Positions 46,382 through 56,397 of a stretch of 64,000 nucleotides of DNA are shown one piece after another. The stretch lies in assembly GCA_016930775.1 (NCBI GenBank), contig JAFGGB010000092.1, positions 1,474-65,473 on the forward strand, in the 5' to 3' direction. The notes under the pieces are model-generated. The model had not been told where the DNA came from, ran no database searches, and was given only the letters and a program-made list of their open reading frames with translations. Numbering within the stretch: position 1 is the first letter of the stretch; each line of letters begins with the position of its first letter. Source of the DNA: Deltaproteobacteria bacterium (lineage in GTDB: Bacteria; Desulfobacterota; Syntrophia; Syntrophales; UBA2210). The translations under genes and the position numbers were made by a program.

Positions 46382-46597
46382 ATGACTGTATCGTCCTATC
46401 GCATAGACAGTGTGTTGAAGGCTTACCATCGCCAAGACAGGGCAAAACGGCCGGCGGCTATGCAGACCGGCTCAGAGACGCCCGGCCAATACAAGGATAC
46501 AGTCTCTCTATCTAGAGACGCCGATACAAAGGAAGTCTATGAAAAAATTTCCTATAGTCTCGTGGATATCATCCTGAACGACAGAGCAGAGCAATAA
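46382..46597 (+). CDS. Small hypothetical protein (71 aa)
   Basis: The ATG at 46382 follows GAGGG. Sequence MTVSSYRIDSVLKAYHRQ... It ends 9 nt before the HD-GYP gene. No family recognised. The longer ORF-track start (46157) would overlap the divergent gene. Confidence 0.45.
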   Translation: MTVSSYRIDSVLKAYHRQDRAKRPAAMQTGSETPGQYKDTVSLSRDADTKEVYEKISYSLVDIILNDRAEQ

Positions 46598-46606
46598 AGA
46601 CGATCT

Positions 46607-48082
46607 ATGGATTCACAAGCCGACATCAACCAGAAACCCATCCTGGTCGTCGATGACGATTATTCAATACGAGCCCTTATCGTCGATGCACTGAATGATG
46701 CGGGCTACGGTGAAACCCGCGATGTCGACAACGGCCTCGACGCCATCGCGCTCCTCAGGGAAGCATCCTACGATCTCGTCATCAGCGATCTCAAGATGCC
46801 CGGCATGAGCGGGCTGGAGCTTCTCAGCAGGATCAAGGAAATCGACCCTTCCACTTCCGTCATTATTATGACGGGGTTTCCATCCGTCGACCTTTCCGTC
46901 TCCGCCATGAAGGACGGGGCCTTCGACTTCATAACAAAACCGTTCAAAATTGACGACCTCATATATAAAGTGAACATCCATCTCCGGGGGAAAAAGCTTC
47001 TCTCGGAAGACGAACTGAATATCCAAATCGAGCACACGCGACTCCATGAGAAAAGCAGGGAACTCTCAACGATCGGCTATATATATGAAAGCGTTGAAAA
47101 AACCCAGGGAGACAACAAACAAATTTTCCGGGAGATCGTCGATCTTGCCCTGAGGGTTGCCAATGCCGAGAGCGCCGTCATGGTCCTTTACGATGAAGAC
47201 AAGGGCCTTTTCCACCTGAAGATTGAGCAGCATGAAAAGACCTATAAGCTTGCATCGGGAGATCAGCTCATCGCCGCCCTGAACTCTCTTTTAGAGGATG
47301 TCGTCTCCACGCGACGGGGAGTCATACAGTCGGGGAACTCGCGGACTGTCTTCCGCTCGCTTCTTTGCGTGCCGCTCATGATCAGGGAAAAGGTCTTCGG
47401 CCTTTTGATACTTATGAACAAGCGGTCTGAAGGAACGTTCACTCTACGAGAACTCAACTACATCGAAAACCTGACGGCGAGGGCATCGCTCAACATCGAA
47501 AACCAGCTTCTTTACGAAAGCCTGTTCCTGAGCATCATGGATACGCTGAAATCTCTGGTGCATTCGATTCATGTGCGGGATCATTACACTGAACGGCATT
47601 CTCATAATGTGACTCGGATCGCCTTGAAAATCGCCGACAGCATGGGCCTCACGGCCCATGAAATAGAAACCTTGAGAATCGCCTCGATCCTCCACGACAT
47701 CGGAAAGATCGCAATCCCCGACAGCGTTCTTTTGAAACCGGACAAGCTTTCAACCCAGGAATACGATATCATCAAGACGCATTCGTCCGTCGGTGAAAGC
47801 ATCCTCAAGTCTATCGCCCTCTTTGAAACGGAACGTAAGATTATTCGCCACCACCATGAGCGGTGGGACGGCCGGGGTTATCCCAACGGTCTCAGCAAAG
47901 AAGGCATTCCTCTCCTTTCCAGAATACTCTCCGTAGCCGACACATTCGACGCCATGACCAGCGACCGCCCTTACCGGAAAGGGCTCACACGAAGCGTTGC
48001 CTTTCAGGAACTCCTAAAGAACAAGGAAAGCCAATTCGACGCCAGGATTGTCGACGCTTTCATCGCCATGCAAAATATTTGA
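46607..48082 (+). CDS. Response regulator with GAF and HD-GYP domains (predicted c-di-GMP phosphodiesterase)
   Basis: REC domain (ILVVDDD...LVISDLKMPGMSG...FITKPF), a GAF-like middle, and HD-GYP motifs HSHNV...LHDIGKIAIPD...HHERWDGRGYPNGL... Confidence 0.9.
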   Translation: MDSQADINQKPILVVDDDYSIRALIVDALNDAGYGETRDVDNGLDAIALLREASYDLVISDLKMPGMSGLELLSRIKEIDPSTSVIIMTGFPSVDLSVSAMKDGAFDFITKPFKIDDLIYKVNIHLRGKKLLSEDELNIQIEHTRLHEKSRELSTIGYIYESVEKTQGDNKQIFREIVDLALRVANAESAVMVLYDEDKGLFHLKIEQHEKTYKLASGDQLIAALNSLLEDVVSTRRGVIQSGNSRTVFRSLLCVPLMIREKVFGLLILMNKRSEGTFTLRELNYIENLTARASLNIENQLLYESLFLSIMDTLKSLVHSIHVRDHYTERHSHNVTRIALKIADSMGLTAHEIETLRIASILHDIGKIAIPDSVLLKPDKLSTQEYDIIKTHSSVGESILKSIALFETERKIIRHHHERWDGRGYPNGLSKEGIPLLSRILSVADTFDAMTSDRPYRKGLTRSVAFQELLKNKESQFDARIVDAFIAMQNI

Positions 48083-48134
48083 ACGCCCCCTGATCCATTG
48101 CTTTTTGCAGTAATACTCTTCATTAATCGAGCCC

Positions 48135-48150
48135 TGGCGCCGATATTGCA
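48135..48150 (+). promoter_or_regulatory. Sigma-54 promoter upstream of the PilZ gene
   Basis: TGGCGCCGATATTGCA against TGGCACG-N4-TTGCW. It ends 38 nt upstream of the ATG at 48189. Confidence 0.6.
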
Positions 48151-48188
48151 GGTTTATTTTTAAAAAATGCAGCTGCAGGAATGATCGC

Positions 48189-48965
48189 ATGGATTCAAAA
48201 GAACGGTATGATGATCTTAACGTAGGCGATATGCTTGATGTTTCGTTTACTCTTAACAGAACTGTCGATACGACGGGACGTGTGATATCCCTCAACGAAA
48301 AAAATGCCGTTATTCAGCTCAATGTGAACGACGAGAAAATGACGCCTGTGACGGGCACCGATATCTACATTCTGGGGAAAGGCCTTCTCCTGAACGTTGA
48401 CGATACGGTCAATTTTCCCAACATCGCCGCAACAGTCGTAACGGAGCGTGAATATGCTCGAGTGGACGATTTTCTGAAAATCGACTATGCCCTATTGACC
48501 GACGATCCCAAACAGAACGGCGCCAGTCGTCTTGAACTTTTCAACAAGATCTTCGGCTGCCTGCCGAAGGTCCCGGAGGCGGAATCTGTCGATCTAAAGA
48601 CGCTTTATAATCTGCTGTGTCAAGTCAACTGGAAACTCGATCAGATTATGGAGTCTCTTCCTCGCGAAAAAGCGTCGTCGGCTTCGTCAGTATACAACCG
48701 CGTCAACATCAGCGCTTCGGGACTTCGATTCATAACCGATCAGCCCCTTGCAGAAGGCGATACCGTGGCTATGAGGATCCATCTGCCGGCAACGGGCAGC
48801 TTAATTTCTCCCCTGGATCTGACGGCTACAGTCGTCTCGTCTTCGAAATCGAGTGAAGAAAACCGCCATATCGTCTCGCTGAAGTTCACAGATCTTAGCG
48901 AAGATAATGAGGAAGCCATAATGAAATACGTCTTCAGGCGGCAGCGCGAGGTGCTGCGCGGGTGA
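48189..48965 (+). CDS. PilZ-domain c-di-GMP receptor (YcgR-like architecture with an inserted helix)
   Basis: RxxxR (EREYARV) and N-x-S-x-x-G (NISASGLRF) motifs are separated by an insert containing ...LLCQVNWKLDQIMESL. C-terminal ...IMKYVFRRQREVLR. Confidence 0.8.
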   Translation: MDSKERYDDLNVGDMLDVSFTLNRTVDTTGRVISLNEKNAVIQLNVNDEKMTPVTGTDIYILGKGLLLNVDDTVNFPNIAATVVTEREYARVDDFLKIDYALLTDDPKQNGASRLELFNKIFGCLPKVPEAESVDLKTLYNLLCQVNWKLDQIMESLPREKASSASSVYNRVNISASGLRFITDQPLAEGDTVAMRIHLPATGSLISPLDLTATVVSSSKSSEENRHIVSLKFTDLSEDNEEAIMKYVFRRQREVLRG

Positions 48966-48979
48966 CAACGGCGCCTCTC

Positions 48980-49441
48980 TTATTTGCCCAGACAAACATC
49001 GACGACGAACGGTCCAAAGTCCGTTTCAAAAGGTATTATTATGCTGGGACCGCCCAGCACATGGGTTATCGAATGGTTCTTACCGGCTATGACCGTAGGT
49101 ATGGCGGCCTTGAGGCTGAATCCTTCTCTTTCGAGATGTCTCCGCGCCGTCCCGGAAACCATGTTTGTCAACTCGCCGACGGCATCTTTGACGTTGCCGT
49201 CGATACCCTGGGACTCTTCCCCCAGCATATTCGATACGATCTTCAGTATGCACGTTTCACTGAAGGACAGCGCGATGGAACCCTTGACGACGCCGGTAAT
49301 TCCGATCACGCCAGACACGTCTCCCGTGGCGACGCTGTCCTGATTCAAAAAAGGCTTGCCGGCCCTTGGCTCGATAAAGGCCATGGTCTTCAGCACCTCG
49401 ACTGTTCCCAGAAGAAAGGGATTTATAAATCGCACATCCAT
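48980..49441 (-). CDS. cheX: CheX/CheC-family CheY-P phosphatase
   Basis: MDVRFINPFLLGTVEVLKTMA...GDVSGVIGITG..KGSIALSF is a CheX-type pattern. Downstream of cheY. Confidence 0.8.
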   Translation of the reverse strand: MDVRFINPFLLGTVEVLKTMAFIEPRAGKPFLNQDSVATGDVSGVIGITGVVKGSIALSFSETCILKIVSNMLGEESQGIDGNVKDAVGELTNMVSGTARRHLEREGFSLKAAIPTVIAGKNHSITHVLGGPSIIIPFETDFGPFVVDVCLGK

Positions 49442-49477
49442 CGCAACATTCTCCTTTATAAGCCCGATCTCGGTGAG

Positions 49478-49858
49478 CTATAGTTTAGCAACGATTGCCT
49501 CGATTTTCTCGTTCAGGACTTCCGCCGTAAAGGGTTTAACGATATACCCGTTAACGCCGGCCTTGACCGCTTCGATTACGTTTTCCTGAAGAGCTTCGGC
49601 CGTGACCATCAAGAAGGGAGTCCCCGCCAGTTTGCCGTCGGCTCGCACAGCCTTGAGCAGTTCTATACCCGACATATTCGGCATATTCCAGTCGGCCACT
49701 ATGAAATCTATTTTCTGTGATTTAAGTGTTTTCAAAGCCATGGCGCCGTCCTCGGCCTCGACGATGTTTTCATAGCCTATCTGCTTTAAAAGATTCCGCA
49801 CCACCTTTCTCATGGTGGCAAAGTCGTCTACAACCAGCACCTTAATGTTTTTATCCAT
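49478..49858 (-). CDS. cheY: Chemotaxis response regulator CheY
   Basis: KVLVVDDFATMRKVVRNLL...FIVADWNMPNMSG...FLMVTAEA...GYIVKPFT. Confidence 0.93.
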   Translation of the reverse strand: MDKNIKVLVVDDFATMRKVVRNLLKQIGYENIVEAEDGAMALKTLKSQKIDFIVADWNMPNMSGIELLKAVRADGKLAGTPFLMVTAEALQENVIEAVKAGVNGYIVKPFTAEVLNEKIEAIVAKL

Positions 49859-49899
49859 CGTGAGCTCCTTTGTTGCTCTCTTTTAAAACTGTGTTCTCC

Positions 49900-52149
49900 T
49901 CAGCGCTCGCTTAACTCAAAAACTCCCTCGGGATCAATAATGAGGCCCACATTTCCGTTGCCGAGAATGGCCCCTCCCGAAATGCCTTTGGTATTTTTCA
50001 ACCCGTCGCCGAGCGTCTTGATAACAACTTCTTCTTTCCCGATCACCTCGTCGACGATAAAGCACTTGGCTTTGTGTCCCGCCTCGACGACCACCGTCAA
50101 GGCATCCCAGGGTTCATCATGATCCGCCTTGATGTTGAATATTTTGTTCAACCTGACCAGCGGCAGGAGATTTCCCATGACGTTGATCATCTCTCCCCGG
50201 CCAATCACATTGTTGTAGGACTCCCTTGGCGGGCGGAGAAGCTGCCGCACGGCCGTGGCCGGAATGATGTACTTTTCCCGCCCGATTCGAACAATCATGC
50301 CGTCAACGATGGCCATGGTCAGCGGGAAGTACGTTATGAATGTCGTACCTTGACCTTCACGGCTCTGGATATCCACCTTACCCCGAAGCTTCTCTACAGC
50401 CTGCTTCACAACATCCATGCCCACGCCCCGTCCCGACACATCGGTCACCTTTTCCGCCGTGGAGAAGCCCGGGTGGAATATAAGTCTGTAGAGTTCCTGC
50501 TCCGTCACGGCCTCGGCCGATTCTATGAGACCCCTCTCTATGGCCTTTTCAATAATTTTATGTTTCTTCAGACCGCGACCATCGTCGACAATTTCGATTA
50601 CGATGTTGCCGCCCTTATGATATGCCTTGAGCTGGATTGTTCCCTGATCGGGCTTTCCCGTTTTACTGCGCTCTTCCGTAGATTCAATGCCATGATCCAC
50701 GGCGTTTCTGACCATGTGGACCAAAGGATTGTATATCTCTTCCACCATGTTCCTGTCGATTTCCGTCTCTTCTCCTTCCAGGATCACAGCGACGGCCTTG
50801 CCGGCGTTCTTTGCAAGGTCTCTGACAAGTCTCGACATTCGCTGAAAAGTTTGCTTGATGGGGATCATCCTCAGGCTGGTGGAGGTTCTCTGCAGTTCCG
50901 ACGTGATCGTCGAAAGCTGAGCAACGTCCCGGATCAGTTTCATGTCATCGCTTTCCTGAACCGCCGGATTTTGCCTGATCATTGACTGACATATTACCAG
51001 CTCCCCGATCATATCGACAAGATCGTCCAGTTTCTTTACATCCACGCGAATCGTGCTTGTATCGGCAACCTGATTGGCCTGTTTGCGGAGGGCCTGGGCT
51101 ACCTGCCGCGGCGTAGCCTTTCCCTCGGTAATGAGCGTCTCTCCCAGTTTCTTCTTGTGCGGCGCCCGTTGGGATTGTTCCAGGGATTCCTTAAGGTTGT
51201 CCTCGGAAATAACACCGTTATCTATGAGAATCTCTCCGATTTTCTTGATCTCGGGAACATCCTCAACGATTTCGTCTACATGTTCGATCCGTTCCTTGAG
51301 ATCGGAAAGATCGGGAATAAATGGAATGTCGCGGTTTCCGTCAAGCACCTCCTGAAGACTGCCGATCATCGTTTTAAGAACATCGGCGCCGTCGAGGATG
51401 ATATCGATCAAACCGGAGACAACCTTAAGGTCATTGTTCCTGGCCCGATCGAGAAGATTCTCCAGGGCGTGAGCCAGTTCACTGATGTCCTTAAGATTAA
51501 GAAAGCCGGCGACTCCCTTGACGGAGTGAAAGGGCCTGAAGACCGCGTTGATATATTCCTTATCCTCGGGATTCTGTTCGAGGTTCAGCACGCTGACCTC
51601 TATTTCGCACATGTACTCTAGGCCTTCTACAATAAAATCCTTCAGGAGTCCCTCATCCTCGACAATAAAATCCTTTTTCTTCTCCTGGTCCTTTGTCCGA
51701 ACGGCATCATCCGTCGCCGCCGGAGACGTCTCCGTCACTTTCAGGTCGGCGGCCAGCGGTTCCGAGGATGGGGCAGCGCTGCCGGGCCGGGAAAGGGAAA
51801 TCCCCGTAAGCGTCGAAACTCTGGAAAGAAAGTCATTCACATCACCTGTATAGCTGCCGGTCGACTGATAACTATCGCCGATTTTCTGCATAAGCGTCAG
51901 GCCTTCCTCAAAGGCGCTGAATCCCTCTTTCCGGTCCACAATTTCCATAATCATCTTTTCGAGGAGCGTGTTCACCGCGCCGGCTATGTTCGGCAGCGGG
52001 TCCATCTTGGCGGACGCACTGGCCGTAACGATCTGTTCAAGCTGGTTGAGAAACTTCCCCGCCGTGGGGATATCTATATGTCCATTTTCTAGAAAAAGAA
52101 AATTGGACGTCATGTCGTTAATAATAGCGAGGATATTCTCATATGCCAT
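49900..52149 (-). CDS. cheA: Chemotaxis histidine kinase CheA
   Basis: Hpt domain FRPFHSVKGVAGFL, H-kinase N and G boxes (HMVRNAVDHGIE, DDGRGL, GRGVGMDVV), and a C-terminal CheW-like domain. Confidence 0.96.
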   Translation of the reverse strand: MAYENILAIINDMTSNFLFLENGHIDIPTAGKFLNQLEQIVTASASAKMDPLPNIAGAVNTLLEKMIMEIVDRKEGFSAFEEGLTLMQKIGDSYQSTGSYTGDVNDFLSRVSTLTGISLSRPGSAAPSSEPLAADLKVTETSPAATDDAVRTKDQEKKKDFIVEDEGLLKDFIVEGLEYMCEIEVSVLNLEQNPEDKEYINAVFRPFHSVKGVAGFLNLKDISELAHALENLLDRARNNDLKVVSGLIDIILDGADVLKTMIGSLQEVLDGNRDIPFIPDLSDLKERIEHVDEIVEDVPEIKKIGEILIDNGVISEDNLKESLEQSQRAPHKKKLGETLITEGKATPRQVAQALRKQANQVADTSTIRVDVKKLDDLVDMIGELVICQSMIRQNPAVQESDDMKLIRDVAQLSTITSELQRTSTSLRMIPIKQTFQRMSRLVRDLAKNAGKAVAVILEGEETEIDRNMVEEIYNPLVHMVRNAVDHGIESTEERSKTGKPDQGTIQLKAYHKGGNIVIEIVDDGRGLKKHKIIEKAIERGLIESAEAVTEQELYRLIFHPGFSTAEKVTDVSGRGVGMDVVKQAVEKLRGKVDIQSREGQGTTFITYFPLTMAIVDGMIVRIGREKYIIPATAVRQLLRPPRESYNNVIGRGEMINVMGNLLPLVRLNKIFNIKADHDEPWDALTVVVEAGHKAKCFIVDEVIGKEEVVIKTLGDGLKNTKGISGGAILGNGNVGLIIDPEGVFELSER

Positions 52150-52151
52150 GA

Positions 52152-53192
<1,041 letters not shown>

Positions 53193-53243
53193 TTATTGTA
53201 ATGAATCAAATTCCCTTGCATGGCTGCAAAAACCGTCCGCCGT

Positions 53244-53708
53244 TCAGGATGCAAAATCTTCCCACAGGTCGACGGGATAGGCGAGGATAACACGCAAGCA
53301 GCCCCCGTCGGTCTTGAAAAAAAGCCGTTCCGTGGCTGTCAGGGCCGATCTTTCGTCAGGCTGCGGAACAATCTGAGGAATTCCCAGATCGAAATGATCC
53401 GTCCCTTCGAGGTTCGCCAGGAAGTTGCCGCAAACCATGTTTACGGCCTCACGGGCGCAGTCAGCCCTTTCCTGCTGACCGACGGCGCCGTCCTCGATGC
53501 CAAGCATGTTTCGCACCATCGCCTGTATCAGGTCGTCGGTAAACTGCATCGTGACGGATCCCGCCCAGGGTCCGGCGAAGCGGATGGACGATGCAATGAC
53601 GAAGGGCTGCACGGTTTCTTCATTCTCCTCTATATACAGATAAAACATTTTTTCGAAGACCTCAGAAGTCGAGTTCTTCACCTTCTCCCGCATCGTATGT
53701 TCCTTCAT
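53244..53708 (-). CDS. Second CheX-like phosphatase
   Basis: ...STSEVFEKMFYLY...GPWAGSVTMQFTDDLIQAMVRNMLG...EAVNMVCGNFL is a CheX-family pattern. It overlaps the upstream receiver gene's 3' end. Confidence 0.7.
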   Translation of the reverse strand: MKEHTMREKVKNSTSEVFEKMFYLYIEENEETVQPFVIASSIRFAGPWAGSVTMQFTDDLIQAMVRNMLGIEDGAVGQQERADCAREAVNMVCGNFLANLEGTDHFDLGIPQIVPQPDERSALTATERLFFKTDGGCLRVILAYPVDLWEDFAS

Positions 53709-54087
53709 CGTTCACTCCCAAGACTTCGTGGAGGATTTTTTTCACTTCCTCCGGCTTAAAAGGTTTTTTTATGAATCCTTTGGCGCCGAGCTCAAAGGAT
53801 TTGTTGATTCGGTCCTCCCGGCTTTCGGTGCTGATAACGATGACCGGGATGTTCTTCAATATAAAATCTCGTTCGAGGGCTTGCAGGAATTCGAATCCGT
53901 TCATCTCAGGCATGTTTATATCGGAGATGATCACATCGACCCACTGACGCCCGAGCACCTCAAGAGCCTCCCTGCCGTTGCCCGCCTCATAGCAGCCGTC
54001 CATCTTGAAGCCCGACATGGAGACGACCTTCTTGATGACAGACCTCATGGAATTCGAGTCATCAACTATAAGTACGTTAAATGACAT
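53662..54087 (-). CDS. CheY-like single-domain response regulator
   Basis: FNVLIVDDSNSMRSVIKKVV...VIISDINMPEMNG...VIVISTE...GFIKKPF. Confidence 0.88.
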   Translation of the reverse strand: MSFNVLIVDDSNSMRSVIKKVVSMSGFKMDGCYEAGNGREALEVLGRQWVDVIISDINMPEMNGFEFLQALERDFILKNIPVIVISTESREDRINKSFELGAKGFIKKPFKPEEVKKILHEVLGVNDEGTYDAGEGEELDF

Positions 54088-54118
54088 TTTTTCTCCCTCT
54101 CTTTAGATCACAATCGCC

Positions 54119-54619
54119 TTAGAGTTCCCGGTCATAACCCTGGGCATTATAAACATGCGTCCTTCCTGTTGCCATATCCAGTCTGACCGTCCTGTTAAAG
54201 TCTCCTCCCGTGTCCTCGGCATCGACGATTACATTGTTCTTCCAAAAAATCTTCCTCGCCGCAACGATATTCTTCTGGCCTATTTCAAAGTGTCCGTCTC
54301 TGTCGAGGATTCTGGCGCCCCCTATTACTTTTACATTCATCCTTCGCTTCTCGGCGCCGGCTTTATAACAGGATTTGAACAGCAGAGGAATTCCCGTATC
54401 GGCGAACATGGCCGGCTTCTCCGCGGCCTTTCTCGCATCAATCATTGAATCGGACAGCATATAATGCAACATGCCGCCAATCTTCGCATCCCAGTCGTAA
54501 ACAACGATAGCCACACAAGATCCCAAGGCATAGGTAACGATTGAATCATCGATCTTGTTGCTTATTTTGAAATCGGCAATGCCGACAATTATCTGTGCCA
54601 TAATCTTCTCACCCGTCAC
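54119..54619 (-). CDS. cheD: Chemoreceptor glutamine deamidase CheD
   Basis: ...IVTYALGSCVAIVVYDWDAKIGGMLHYMLSDS... and ...NVKVIGGA... are CheD motifs. Confidence 0.88.
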   Translation of the reverse strand: MTGEKIMAQIIVGIADFKISNKIDDSIVTYALGSCVAIVVYDWDAKIGGMLHYMLSDSMIDARKAAEKPAMFADTGIPLLFKSCYKAGAEKRRMNVKVIGGARILDRDGHFEIGQKNIVAARKIFWKNNVIVDAEDTGGDFNRTVRLDMATGRTHVYNAQGYDREL

Positions 54620-55440
54620 TTCGTATAGACGCTCGGACCAATGTAGCGAAACCGGTGATCCAAGCCCGTCAAGCTTTCTGAATGACCGACAAAAAGATAC
54701 CCTCCTCCTGCAAGAACATCGTAGAATCGGTCGATCAGTTCGTTTTGAGTCTTCTTATCGAAATAAATCATAACGTTTCGGCAGAAAATAATATCAAGGG
54801 AGTCGCAGAAGTCGATTTTATCCATAAGATTAAAACGCCTGAATCGAACCGTGTCCCGTATGCTTGGCTTGAGCCGATAGTAACCGGTCCATTGGTTGCT
54901 TCCCAGCTGAAAGTATTTTCTCAGCAGTTGAGGAGGTATAGGCTTTACCTTGTCCTCGGAGTAAACGGCCGAGGCTGCGGTCTTGAGAGCCTTCGTCGAG
55001 ATATCCGTAGCCACAATCGATACACGGTCTGCGAGAGCGCCGAGAGTTTCTCGAACAATCATGGCAACCGTATAGGGTTCCTCGCCGGAGGAACAGCCCG
55101 CGCTCCAGATATTCAGTTTCTGACGGGGCCCGCCGTTCGGTGAAACCCGTTCTTTCAGAAGGCTCTTAAAAATTTCAAAGTGTTTGGCTTCCCTGAAAAA
55201 ACTCGTGAGATTCGTCGAGAGGGAATCTATCATGTGTATCAGTTCATTTGTTCCCTCTTCCGTTGTTACGTAATCGAAATAACTCGTAAAGGAATCAAAA
55301 CTTCCCTGGCGCAAACGTTTCCCGAGACGGGCCTTGACCAATTCACGCTTTCCATCGTGGAGATTGATCCCGCAGACTTCGTACACGAAACGGCTGATCC
55401 GCTCAAAATCGATGTCCCGTAAATGAATATCCGTAGTCAT
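54616..55440 (-). CDS. cheR: Chemotaxis methyltransferase CheR
   Basis: ...NLTSFFRE..HF... and LNIWSAGCSSGEEPYTVAMI...IFCRNVMIYFD. Confidence 0.93.
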   Translation of the reverse strand: MTTDIHLRDIDFERISRFVYEVCGINLHDGKRELVKARLGKRLRQGSFDSFTSYFDYVTTEEGTNELIHMIDSLSTNLTSFFREAKHFEIFKSLLKERVSPNGGPRQKLNIWSAGCSSGEEPYTVAMIVRETLGALADRVSIVATDISTKALKTAASAVYSEDKVKPIPPQLLRKYFQLGSNQWTGYYRLKPSIRDTVRFRRFNLMDKIDFCDSLDIIFCRNVMIYFDKKTQNELIDRFYDVLAGGGYLFVGHSESLTGLDHRFRYIGPSVYTK

Positions 55441-55597
55441 TGTTTCCTCGAACCGTCGTTTTCCTTGTCTTGACAGGGCCGCATCAACGGCCGGCTCTCT
55501 ATATGAACGGTCTTTCCGGCCAGCAGCCTGGCATTCCGATGAAGCTCCTCATGGAAGGCCTCATGAACGATCGTGGCGATCGACAAGCCGGAGAATC

Positions 55598-56236
55598 TCA
55601 TCCCTCATCTTCCTCACCCTGACAACCTCCGGTTTCGCCACAGGAAGGACTGCCCCGTGCCGCAAGGATGCGGTTAATGGACCGGCCCTCCAGTGGCCGC
55701 TCAAGCCGACGGAATCGATCCTCTGTCTCATCGTTCGTTGCAGTGCCGTCGTCCACCAGCAGTATTGTTACGTCGTTAAAGATAGCGCTGATTTCCATTG
55801 CCAAAGTCTTCGACGAATAGGAACCGCCGCTGTCGATAATGACAAGTGCAGGTTTTTCCTTGCCGATCTGGATGGCTGCTTTCAAAGGATCTTCATAGGC
55901 GCTGCAACGCCAGCGGTTGCATAAACTATTGCTGCCAAGAGCTTGATCGATGACCGCCAGAACTTCGGGATCCCGCGAGATGACAACAACCAGCTCTTTC
56001 CTGCATTCCGTGGGAATTGCCTCGTCGATCTCTTTGAATCCGCAGATATCGGACCGCTCCCGCCTGGTGAATCCGAATTCTTTGAAGAGGCGATCCACTT
56101 CCGCGGCCGGTATTTTCAAATGTTTGCCGATTTCAAAGGCATGGATTTTCCCCTCCCGGGCCCACCGATAGACCGTCACCCTGTTGACGCCGAAAAACTT
56201 CGATACTTCTGCGGTGGAATAAAATATTTTTGCCAT
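55598..56236 (-). CDS. Excisionase/MerR-type HTH protein fused to a receiver-like domain
   Basis: MAKIFYSTAEVSKFFGVNRVTVYRWAREGKIHAFEIGKHLKIP is an HTH_17-like motif. The receiver-like segment ELVVVISRDPEV...ALVIIDSGG...ILLVDDG...ERPL follows, with the acidic pair reduced to RD and Lys replaced by Arg. Confidence 0.7.
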   Translation of the reverse strand: MAKIFYSTAEVSKFFGVNRVTVYRWAREGKIHAFEIGKHLKIPAAEVDRLFKEFGFTRRERSDICGFKEIDEAIPTECRKELVVVISRDPEVLAVIDQALGSNSLCNRWRCSAYEDPLKAAIQIGKEKPALVIIDSGGSYSSKTLAMEISAIFNDVTILLVDDGTATNDETEDRFRRLERPLEGRSINRILAARGSPSCGETGGCQGEEDEG

Positions 56237-56289
56237 TATCAATCCCGTGCAACGCTATAAGGACGAACAAACTGAAACGATTACATCCT

Positions 56290-56304
56290 TTGCAACTATT
56301 GCAA
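56290..56304. promoter_or_regulatory. Palindromic TTGCAA-CTA-TTGCAA element (candidate operator)
   Basis: Two copies of the self-complementary hexamer TTGCAA, 3 nt apart. They lie about 55-70 nt upstream of the HTH gene start in the 161-nt intergenic gap. Confidence 0.3.
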
Positions 56305-56397
56305 TATATCGGTTGTCTCGGGAAAAACTTTACGGTTTTTTTCGAAAGTGAGTCCATGGAGCAGACCAGCGAGGTCTGCCGCAGCGGAAAGACCGTG

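Noticed and set aside
44809-46383. N-terminal extensions proposed by the ORF track for several genes: the activator to 46383, flgH to 8854, flgG to 10404, flgF to 11143, fliP to 23393, fliN to 24165, motB to 26410, the kinase to 42124 and uvrB to 60827.
   Set aside because: The extensions overlap upstream genes or promoters and add residues that do not resemble the family. Internal ATGs give canonical N termini, for example MIRALWTAATGM for FlgG and MKKFKMLIAEDN for the activator. Where checked (flgG, flgF, fliN), the internal ATG has a good SD.
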